Assembly: GCA_047495785.1 (NCBI GenBank)
Contig: JBLDXI010000020.1
Span: 2,108,001 to 2,172,000, forward strand
Source of the DNA: Lepidodermella squamata
Lineage: Eukaryota; Animalia; Gastrotricha
DNA length: 64,000 nt
Direction of reading: 5' to 3'
In this document: one piece after another, positions 13,601 through 24,800 of the stretch
Position numbering within the stretch: the stretch's first letter is position 1
Layout: each line of letters opens with the position of its first letter
Made by a program: the position numbers and the translations under genes
Notes under the pieces: generated by a model
What the model saw: only the letters and a program-made list of their open reading frames with translations
Database searches by the model: none
What the model was told of the DNA's origin: nothing

Positions 13601-16600
13601 GCGAAATCGAATCAGCATGCTGCGAGTAACCCGCCCCACCAATATTCGGCCTCGCATAAATCGGCCCATTCTGCGCCTGATTCTGCTGTTGTTGTTGCTG
13701 CTGCTGCTGGGGTTGCTGGGCGATCGGATTCGGCGGCATAGGCTGGCCATTTCCACCTACATACCTCGCAATATTCAGCGATTTAGCCGAGGCAGTGTCG
13801 CTGAACGCCGCATCCTCGACCGCAGAGTCAAACATGCGACGATAACGCAGTAAACTAGCGTTCAATTCGTCGATTTTCCGCTCTTTATCGACGTTGGAAG
13901 TGAGTAGAGAATCAACGGCTCGCCTTAGCCGGTCGATTTCATACACGGCTTCGGGTGAAATTTGCTGCTGCTGTTGCCGTAAAAGACGATTTCTCAAATC
14001 GGCGAGTTGTAAATCTCTTTCTTTTAATTGAATTTGTTGCTGAGTCGAGATTTTCTATAAAAAAATTATAATAACTCAATTAAATAAACCAAACTTCGAA
14101 TAATCCCCGCCCACAAATTGGTTTCCAAAATATTTGGGAATTTTATGAATAAACAAACAAAATTCCAGAAAATCCAAAAAAATAGAAATGCTTCATAAAA
14201 ATTTTGAAAAATAAAATTTATAAAATTTCCAAATATTTCGGGAAGAATTGATGTTTTTTCCTAAAAACGAGCTCTTGAATCTGTAACATTTTTCAACCCA
14301 ATGAATTTAAAATATATTTTACCTGAAGAGAAGCGTATTTCGCCTCCCAGTCACGAGTTGCATTTTCTGCGGCAGCGAGGCGAACTTTTAAGGTAGATAT
14401 CTCCGAGAGTAAATCAAGCCGATGCTGAGCATTCGACCCGTTCGACATTGTCCCATTTCCATTGCTAGAAACGGCTTCCGAACTGCCGTTTCCATTGTAA
14501 AGATGCGGCTTTTTGACAGCAGCAGTCGACTCCAGCTCGGTGATTTTCTCCTGCTGGGCGTTGACCTGGGCACTGAGCACGCTGACCTGTAGGGCAAGCA
14601 TTATTAAGGTGAGTAGAAACACGCGCGAAAATAAGATAATCTCAATTTTAACAACAAACCATCGAGAGCCGATGTTATTTGCTAGCGCGAGTCGCCTATT
14701 ACTATTATTATTAGCCGTTTTTCGTGTGATACGTGGATGCAAAAAAAATCCGTCTTAATGCGCTCACTTTAGCGGCGGCGAGAAAAATTATTGCAAACGT
14801 GTAAAAATTACAGGTAACACTTAAAAATGCCGGGTATATTATACCTAAAAAAAGACGCGTATATTAAAACATGTGAAATAAATAAGGTCGGCCATATAGG
14901 TATGTGCTGTGAAGCCGGTGAAAATAAATAGCGGCGGAACGAGGGGCGAAGTGCTGCGTGTCGGTTCCTGCAAGCCGCAACGCGTAAAGTATAATGGGAA
15001 TGACCCAGGGGGAAACGTCTTCTTCATGCACCTAGATGTAACGTGCCAAAACACAGATAGTAGAAGTACAACGTAAAGCGCATGAACGCACGTAAACACT
15101 TGAAATAAATACTATAGGTCTATAAACAGGTATCATTTTTTTCGGGCCTGGTTAGATAATGCGGCGAAGTAGGGGATGAGCCGCCTATCCAGCTCAAGGG
15201 TGGATAAACGAGCGAACGACGCCACAAAAGTCCTTCAAGCAGCTATAAGAATAATGGTATAAATGACAGCGGCTGTACAACAAAACGCAGCATTTCACGC
15301 AAGTATGTATGATGTGTATATGGCATAAATGGTGGAGCAAATACCCTGCTACCCATACTATATTGGTGGTACGGCATCCACGCGAATCGCGAAATCCATT
15401 ACTAATTACGCGCGCGCGCACACACATACACTGTTGAACACGAAAGCATGGAAAGCTAGGAGAAGACAACGCCACCTTAAAAGAAGACGTGTAAACAACA
15501 CGGACCGGCACAAAGCGACAGTCATCGCTCTCATCTCATCAACTACTACTACTACCAGCGCGCGTCTTCTATAGCTATAGGCTGACAGGTCAAAAATTTT
15601 GCCGCCGCTTAGCTCTGGATTACTATCATCATTGCGGCTAATACGCGGCTTCTTTGACGCGCAGTTTCGTCAATTACTACAGCGAAATCTACAATGGCAC
15701 CGCTTTAGTCATGTTTCATGAAGGACAAGATATATAAGACAATGCGCGACTCCAAGGCCAGTTGTTAATTACAGTATACAAGTGCCTGGATTGTCAGCCA
15801 AGGGAAATAAAAATCCGGCCATTTGACCTAATAGGCTTCTTCCAAACAAAGATAAACATCTTAAATAAATATATTAATTTAAAATTAAGAAATCATTCTA
15901 AAAAATCCGCCTTAAAAATCAAAATTCCTTTTCAAAATAATGTTTTATTAAACAATTTTACCTTAGGAAGTGAGAAATATTCCAGTAGACTATGCGAAAA
16001 TTCTTAGCTAAATAATTCGTACAAAATCTGTAGAATACTTGACTATTTAGGGCGGCAATAAAAAATTTAGCACCACTAGAGAGAAGTCAATCTAGCATAA
16101 ACAAAATCGAAAATTTCGCACCGAAATCAGTAATATTTGGGCCTTTTATATAGACGGCGACTGCGCGCTAATGTGGGAGATATACGCAAATTTTTATATA
16201 ACAAGCACTCTAGGGAGATAATTGAAGTTTCCCACGCTGCGGCAGAAATATTGACGGTACTCGCTATATTCTTAGGATGAAAGAAAAGACCTCACCTGCA
16301 TCAACAAGTCGCTGCGTTCAGCTTCTAAACGTGACAGTTTCGAGGCGGCTAAAAAATTGGACGGCGACGACGAGCCAGCTGCGGGTTGAACCGGCGGTTT
16401 TTGGCTGCTGGCGGAATTAGTGTTCGCCTCACTGGCGGCCGCACTCGAGCCTTCGTTGGCGCTTGAGCCACCGGTCGACGACGCCACACTTGCTAGAGAA
16501 GCGGAAATGTTTTGAGGCGACGAGTCTTGCTGCGCGTTGCTCGCCCCGATAGACGTAAAATTCGCGTTCTATAGTAAGGAGATGCAAAAAACCGAAATTG

Positions 16601-19305
16601 AACAGCTTGAATAAAGCGGAATTAAAAGCTACGCTTGGGTTAATGCAAATAAAAAAAACTGAACTGAAAAAAAATCAACGTAAAATGCGTGCGGCAAAGC
16701 TGGTTTATTACTTGCACGTCTATTAAAGCCAACAGCTTATCTACATCGTGATTCTTATGTTTTTACGTGGTGGCAAACTGCTCCTTTATTGTCGTCGCAT
16801 AATAAAAAAATGTCGCTTTTTTACATTATATATCACGAATGAATGGCTACGGTAAAAGTGCCACTTTTCCACGAAAAAAATATAATATAGATAATGAGAA
16901 AAAACGATAAGGTGCAGGGGTTGTGTCAACAATTAATGATATAATTAAGTCTAACTAACACGCGCAAGCCCTTTAATAGCATATAGTTCAACTAAATTCA
17001 AGCCCAAAATCTACCAGAATTCGCTCAATTCTAAAATAACTGTTCCACCTTAAATAATTCTAATGAACGAAAATATGGTATAAAATTAGTCAAATTATTG
17101 TGATTAATCGCAATGTGGTGCAAGCTAACAACATCTAAAACAATGGAATTCGTGCTCTTCACAACATTTTTCACACAAACCTCGTCGCCTTCGCTAGATT
17201 CAAGGCGCTCACGAATGCGCCGCAACACCTCGCGATACCTGAAATCAGCACCCATTTCTTCAGAAGTGGTCATGAGAAAATCGTGACACGACTGATAAAA
17301 GCATTTTATGTAACGAAAACATGGCGTGGCTCGGGGTAGGGCTCTTAAAGCTATAGATCGCGATCTGTATACGCTGTAGCAGCCCCAAAGTACTCAAACA
17401 TGGAATAATTTACCTGGTCCATGTCGATAATTGCCTCGTCAATCAGTGGCGCCCTTCTTCTCGTTGCTGCTGCTCGCTGCTAGACTGACAGAGTGAGTGA
17501 GACCTTAAACGCACCAGAACGCGTTCGTTATCGGTGGAGCAAAACCGAACTAATAACGAGTGGCCTCTTGCTGTAGTCTATCGAACGGCGGCAGGGTTCG
17601 CTGCCCGGCCGCTCTCTCTATTATTTATACGATGATGATTACTACTACAATAACGCGCCTATTATATACCAGAAGACCCGGATGAGGCAGTAGGCAAATA
17701 ACACCAAGGTAATATACATTTGATGGGCGCCACAACAGCGATTTTCTACGAGGATTCTTTGTTGTTGCCAGTTCGTGAATGTGCTTGTATTATATACTTG
17801 CAACAACAAACCGTTCATAGTATGACATGCGAGTATAACGTGACTTTTATTATTAGTATTTTTAACAATCAAAAGCGGCGTACGCGGGAATTTGGCCCAT
17901 TCTGCCCAATAAACATTATTATCATCCGATCACCGCGGCGAATTTGTAGCGGTTGATAACAAGGGCGCAGCACAACTCGGTAATTATTTACCGCGTTAAA
18001 AGTCCCTGCAATAACTATCGGAAATAAGCCCCTTGTAATCTTATCTGCTCACTTCCGCATCAATGCGAGTGAATAACTGTAAACTAGTACGCCAATGTTG
18101 TGGAGGCGGATTAATATACGAAGGAGGTCATAAAAATTGTCAATATTGCTATGACGGATATTGTGGGGTTAGCTCGATAGAAAGTCGCAACAAGCATATA
18201 TTTTGCTACACTTAACGTTTATCAACCTTCGAATTAGCGAATTTATAATTTATTATCGAACCATTTGTTTACGCGAAGATCTTGCAAAATCAACAAATAA
18301 TTCTGGCTAGTTATACGATTGAAATCGATTTTTCATGACCCTTCGAATAAAAGCTTATTCATAATGCTGCAATTAAGTAAGGAAAAGCTTGATAAGTAGG
18401 CGAGTAAAATTTTACTGAAAATTATTGAAAAACCTCAACAGAAAAAATTGCTCAATTTTCCGTTACTAATTAACATCCGAATTATTACAAAGCTTACGCT
18501 GTCCGACTATGAGGAGCTACAGAAAATATGCCATCGTAGAGAATTTGCAAAACTTGAATATTCCAGATATTCCGCCTCAAAAATTTAAAAAATTACTGAT
18601 TTTAAATCAATTATATCGAAAAGAAATATCTCTGTAAATTCCAAAAAATACTTCCTGTGCAATAGCGAGATCGCAATGGAGGAAACATTCCAAAAATGTT
18701 CAATTCTCACATCGGTGAAAAAATGTAAAGTTGCGGCACGAGGTAAAGTTTCGAACTGCATCTATTCCAGAGATCGCTGCCATTCATGGCTCAATTCATC
18801 TCACTTTTATCTGGTTGATAAGGCGCGTGAACAGATTTTTCACTAATAAAAATTAATCATCAAGTGAGCGTTATCAGTTAGACATCCTCCTCATTTGATA
18901 GTTGTAGTGTGAAGTCACCCAGATCACACCGAAATATTCATGGAGTATAGAAGTTAAACTTGATTTCCTTTATAGTGATTATTTCCCTTCAATTAAAGGT
19001 TCAGTCCCATTTGTATTCGTTTATTCCGAAGCGAAATAATAGTTGTAAATAGTACTCACCTCATCTTGTCCAACTCCTATCCATGAATCACCGCTGCCAA
19101 CGAGCAGCGAGGCAGTAGGCGAGGTTGTAACAACTGATGTTAGCAAGCGTTGCTGTTTGTCTTCCAAGGAAGCAATCAGCCGGCGGATACGCACTGGATC
19201 TTTCGTGGCAGCCTCGACAAATTTATCGACGAGACCGACGACCACGTCACCTTCGCCTATCAAACTTTGAGATCGCGATTTCGGAATCGTCTCTGTCGAC
19301 TCCAT
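4672..19305 (-). CDS. PPFIBP: Liprin-beta (PPFIBP1/2-like): N-terminal coiled coils plus three tandem SAM domains; about 10 exons
   Basis: Liprin-beta-type coiled-coil segments RLEAERSDLLMQ|VSVLSAQVNAQQEKITELE, RLDLLSEISTLKVRL and LRRAVDSLLTSNVDKERKIDEL. SAM1 WDGEHVARWLADLGLQQY, SAM2 R|WLDDIGLPQLKDVF, SAM3 WTCHRVMDWLRSVDLAEYAANVRGSGLHG. Phase-compatible exons at about 19305-19060, 17480-17414, 17291-17181, 16569-16296, 14587-14323, 14056-13486, 12687-11907, 11250-10377, 7743-6986 and 4923-4672. The 5'-most three exons are less certain. Confidence 0.88.
5150..6690 (-). mobile_element. Probable highly decayed non-LTR retroelement remnant in the last liprin-beta intron
   Basis: Coding-like composition with short broken minus-strand ORFs, an RT-like RYLGM motif near 6540-6555 and a degenerate Cys/His knuckle-like stretch near 5715-5785. 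Many stops. Confidence 0.3.
6713..6922. mobile_element. Non-autonomous Tc1/mariner-type MITE fragment (family copy 1)
   Basis: Core AAACCGAAGATTACCGAACCAGTTGCCATCGGGGTTTTCTGGGTTTTCTCCGGTAAA recurs reversed at about 11515-11562 and 49932-49990. Ends GGGACACGCTG|TA. Confidence 0.6.
7959..9084 (+). pseudogene. Nested, antisense, intron-containing gene of unknown family, disabled by stops/frameshift
   Basis: Exon 7959-8033 (MSSKRRKVGKKAKW...) splices GT..AG in frame to 8105-8394 (contains ORF 8147-8398), then to about 8468. Downstream coding-like sequence has in-frame TAG/TAA/TGA and a frameshift before ORF 8851-9084. Confidence 0.5.
9082..9480 (+). mobile_element. LINE reverse-transcriptase remnant
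   Basis: GSVLGPLLF / MYINEMP...FVQFADDTT / DWLACNSLVVNGKKSQ / KILGFTLDNKMS motifs spread over shifted frames. Confidence 0.8.
9485..9712 (-). repeat. Inverted partial duplicate of the GPI-protein coding exon (about 3473-3699)
   Basis: Reverse complement matches 3473-3699 with only scattered substitutions/small indels; encodes RQSVTVTLVPANSGSGDAKT-TTTNSPQAVRHKPTNTAATTS. Confidence 0.95.
11505..11679. mobile_element. Tc1/mariner-type MITE fragment (family copy 2)
   Basis: Reversed core shared with 6713-6800; terminus GGGACACACTG|TA at 11667-11679. Confidence 0.55.
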
Positions 19306-19843
19306 CTTAATTTAACTAAAATTCAATGAAACAAAAAGAGGAGTTTTCTTGATTTCTCATTTTAATTTCGGAGCTCTATGTACATTGTCAACTCGGGTTA
19401 GATTTCATGCTTAAAGGAAACAAGCTTTCCATCATCATATCAGCAGCAGCCTTAACACAGGGAAAGTTTTATTTTGCGTCACAGTTTTATTTCTTCTTTC
19501 ATATAATTATTGTCGTTAAGATAGAACTAGCGTGGGTTTTCGGCATTTTTAATGACGCACAATCTCATCTCGCTAAAGCTTGCTCATCACTTTTGCAGAT
19601 AAATTTAGCAGCGGGATATTCATCAGTTTTGACATAATCGAATCATCATAAACTACTAAAACTTGTGTTGTTGCTGTTGTCGTTTAATACACACACACGT
19701 ACACACGTTGATGGATTTCATAATTTCATCATCAATTAATATTCATGATGTTCTCTCGGGTTTATTACAGTTTTTCACAATGTTCTTTCATTATACGGGC
19801 AGTATACTTATTAATCCATCCGCATCGCCAAGCCGCTTTTGAT

Positions 19844-20272
<429 letters not shown>

Positions 20273-21575
20273 TCAAAAGACGGGTTAACTTGTGTTTAAG
20301 CAACAACAAGCCTATTAAAAATAGATCGAAATTGTTGAAAATAAAATGAATAGGTTCGGAAATTTCGATTGAGTTATTCGTATGCCACATCCTACGAAAG
20401 TTTGAGTTTGAAGAAGCTGAAAAAGAACTGATCCTCTAAGAGTTCCTCAAACTATCAACTCAGCTGTGAAAAAGTAGGCATCAGCATCTCTAAAAATAGT
20501 TTCAATGGTTTTTTTCACGCTTTTCAGTCTGTTTCTGGCTGAAATTAACAATGGAGTCACAAAATCGTAAATTCATTCATGAATGGATGCAGCATAATAC
20601 GGGATAAAGCTGCCATGCTGAAGGCGGAATATTCGTAACTCAGGCAAGCATTACTAGCTTAGCATAAACAAAGACTTCAAGAGTCTGCATAAGAAGCTAA
20701 GCTTCGCACAGGAAGAATGATTTCGCATAAGAATCTCAAATAAAAGTAAACAGGAATAATGAATCGCTCAGTCATCTTGGACGAGCCGATGGGATAATAG
20801 TTAATGAATGAGCCTAATAAAATGATATTAATCGAGAGAGGCAAGAATAGAGCCTCAACCCGAAACGGATTGTAACGGGCACGATAGGAAATAGGTAAGT
20901 AGGTAGCTACCATAGAGCTTGCTCTTATTAAATATGCCTAGCACCAAGCTTTAATGAGTATTGAGCTAACATGAAGCAGCAACTAACAGTGAACAAAATT
21001 TCTATTCTTACCAAAAGCAACCCCTTTCAACCCGCTGGATCCAGAATTATGGATAGCAAATTGCTCGGACCTCGGACATAATTGTGGATGAAGAGGCACA
21101 CTCCAAGGCACACTCCACAGTTGAGCGATTAGCATAAGAGGCTGAAAGAGAATATTGATGATTACAATTATAAGTTGGCTTCACTGCAAGAGTCTTTATC
21201 CATCCGAAGAGATTCCAAAGAGCAAGGTCCCAAGGTAAGGTGTTGAGGTGCAAGCTCTTCATGAAAGACGGCTTCTGTCGTCGCGTTCTGCTTCTAAATT
21301 GAATATGAAGTCGGGGAGAAACGAATGGTTTTAGAGGTGCATAGGCTCTAGAATCTTGTAAACGTCCGATTTGAAATTGAAAATTTGAAATTTCATGGAT
21401 GAAAGTTCAAGTCATCCGGGTAGGTGCGCCCAAAGGAGTTTTCTCAGGAAGCAAAAAAAGAGCGCGCGGCGGCGCCCCACGAGAATCCAAGGGTTTTCTT
21501 GTAATTTTAATTTAAATATTTGATAAATTTATTGCATAATGTAATTTGTGCATTGCTTGATATTGTTCATTTTAT

Positions 21576-21588
21576 GTTGCTAGGCAAC
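21576..21588. promoter_or_regulatory. RFX X-box upstream of the ciliary gene CCDC180
   Basis: GTTGCTAGGCAAC, a near-palindromic X-box consensus, about 215 nt before the ATG at 21803. Confidence 0.7.
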
Positions 21589-21802
21589 GAGGCGGGAAGC
21601 GTCCCGTTCATGCGGTAGATCTCTTGCAGTCAACTCGCGTCGTTTGACTTAGACTGGTTCGTTGCTGCGCCCTGTGACCTGTGGGGACCCGATTTTTGTT
21701 ATTAATTTGTAGCAATTTTACATTTTCCCATAGTTTTAGGATACATATTGCGTTTGCTTCGCTTCGATTCCCTGTTTCTATTTTAGGCTATTCATTATAA
21801 CA

Positions 21803-24800
21803 ATGGCCAGTAGCCTGCCCGTCCAAAGCGGAAAGGTTTATAAGCAGCTAGTTGACGATCAGGTAAATATAGCCGCATATGAAAAATATGAAAAGTGTAA
21901 TGATTACATGGCAATTTAGCAATCATTGGCCCGAGCTATCGAATCTAACAGTTTGTTCAAGAGGAAACCGTCATCCGGCAAAAAAGACAAGGCCGATGCT
22001 AACAAGCAGCGAGAATGGCTTCAAGCTGCGCCATACGAATATCGCAAGCAGAATCCAGTTTTAAACAAGTATTTGTAGTTGATTAAGCAAAGTTAGATGG
22101 ACGCGTGTACCATTTTTCTTATAGGCAGCTGCGCAATTTGGAAGCATTCGCTGATGGCGACCAGTCTACCGTTATTGAAGCCATAAATGACGTTAAGAAT
22201 CTTCCTGATGTTGTGGTTGCGGCCAAGCTATCTTCTGACATTGCTGATAGAATCGCCCGCAGTAGAAAAGAACGTCATTTTACTGAAGTGGAAAACATGC
22301 AGCACGAATTAGCCGCTGTTGCTAAAGTGCGATTTTTTTCAAGTCTCCAAGCATTGTGGCTAATTAAACTTTTACAGAATTGTGAAGATCTTCTAAAGAC
22401 GGAGTGCGCGAGTATCATCGAAAAGCTGTCTGCCGACAATCATGCTGCTGATTGCAAACTATCTGCCATTTCTGCGGATGAGGTAAGAATTAAACTGTAC
22501 CGGGCAAATCATACAGATAGTAGGGTGCTATATCAAATTCACAAAGCTTTCATCAGAATTGGCTTACACGCTTATATTGCATGTTCAGGCTTTGTATACG
22601 CTCGAAATGGGCGAGCTTACTACGTTGTGGAACGATATTCACTCACATCTGAGCCAACACCACATATGGATTGAGGACTTTTACAAAAGTATTCAAGCCA
22701 TTGAGGAGGAGAGATTGAGCTGCATACGCAAAATCTTCAACTCATATGGCGAGACTTTGCGTACCATTGCTCACATGTTACCATACGACTTGCAAAACTA
22801 CTTGGATCATGAGGCTCAAACGATAAATAAAGTAATTCTCAGCAACCGTCGCCAATATGTTGAGCTGAAAGCGCGGCTCTCATTGACCGAGATCATGTTA
22901 GACCGTCGGAGATTTCTCAACTACAATCGCCGAGTTCGATACTGGCGAGAACATCGCATCGAGCAATACGTGGAAGATTTCAAGAAGTACATTGTTTCGT
23001 CTGAGGTTGTTGATTCTGACGAAGTTCGAGTCGCCCTCGCTAGCATTGCTGAGCAACAGCGATTAGCTAACGCTCCTCGGTTGAAAGTTCTGAACGAGGT
23101 CATTTCTACTCTTTCGCCGCCTCAACCGATTGCTCAACCTGCTTTGAAGGGCTCGGGATCCCCAGTCGTCGTGATGCAACTTCAACAACAGCCAATGCGG
23201 CCCCAAGTTCAAGCACTCTCGCGAGAATTGAATGAACTGAATGGCAAAGTAGATGTAACTAATCAACAAGCTTCCACCATTCTGGGAGCAGCTCATAATG
23301 CCATTGTTCAACGGTGCTTCGACCGAGTTCAATCGATCAGCCGAACGTTAGTTGAATTCGGAGCTGCTTCCGATGGCGATGCCGAGCGAATTTGTCACCA
23401 ACGTTTACTGCCGTATATTGCCGATTTACAGCGGCGTTTCGAGGGCGACATGACTCTTTTCGATCGTTTAATGGAAAAACACAACTATGAAAGCGTGAAA
23501 GAAACGGATGCGTTGATGAGATTCCTGCTTGGCGCGGCGACCTGTTGGGACGATCACGAGCTTGAGTTGTCGAAACGTGAGCGAAATCTGGATGAGAGAT
23601 TACTTTCAGTTCGTCAAAACCATGACGCTCAAATTCAGCGAAACGAAGCTAGGTTAGATCGAGCTTTGGATAAACTTCGTCAATCTGGGAACGCCGCTGC
23701 CCTGCAGCAAAACCTCGCTGCGGCCATGAAACAGTTGGACCTGATTAAAGACGGTCACGAACTTTTCTACCGCGATACTAGCACTCATATTCGAACCTTC
23801 CCAGACAAAGTCGCTTCGACTGTGAAGAAGTATGAAAAATCACTTTTCAAATACATGTTGATTCGACGCCAACCGTTGACATCTGCCGATCAAAACAAGG
23901 CGAAAGTGAAAAAATCGAAGAGTATGGCCCACACCCAGGATGGAAAGCCATTATTGGCTTCGACTATGTCCTCAGCTCGGACTAAGAAAAGCGATTCACC
24001 TGTGGTCGGGGAGCCCGAGGAACCCTTAACCAGGCGGTCCTCAAATGCTTCCCCTACTAAAAAGACCTTGAGTCGAGAAAATACTATGGGATCATCCATG
24101 TCAATCAAGCTACCCCCAGTTCAAGACGAAACCGCCCCGCCGGCTCCTCCTCAACCCGCTGCGCCGAAGAAGGAGAAGAAGGATAAATCAGATTCTAGTG
24201 ACGATGAAAACATCACCGATCGAGCTGACGATGACGAAGATGAAGCTGATGTTGTCGCAGAGTTGTCGCAAGATGCGTCAGGCCGCAGTTACCAGGTCGT
24301 TGTCGAAGAGGTGATGAGAACTCGCGGCGGCGATATGCTCTACGTACTAGCCAGATCAGACGATCCTGATATTCAGAAAATGGCCGCGGCTGAGAGCCAT
24401 GACGAATCAGGCGAGCCACCAGAAAAGCCGCCAATTGATACGGGAGATCAATTTGATCAACCTGTGTTTGTTACCGAGGATGAATTAGCTCGATTTGACC
24501 TCAATCAACCTCATTTGGCTTCATCAGCTGTTCCTAAAGAACTTTTCTTGGATGTAAAGAAGCGGTAAATTTTAGTGAATATTTCAGCAAAAACCTGTTT
24601 AATTTGATTTGATTTTTTAAAGTGTGAGGGCAAATTTTGTCAATCATTTGGAGCAATGGTCTGTTGGTATGCGAACTCGTGCCAAACAAATTTTACAGTC
24701 GAAGGTAATATTTCTTGAAATATCAGGTTTTTTTTTAATTTTCCGCTATTGTTAGATGGAAGAATTGCAATGTGAATATGAGCTCCGGCTGCAACTTCAC

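Noticed and set aside
6972-13853. Plus-strand ORFs overlapping liprin-beta exons (e.g. 6972-7274, 10394-10855, 13533-13853)
   Set aside because: Antisense shadows of GC-rich coding exons; no independent motifs.
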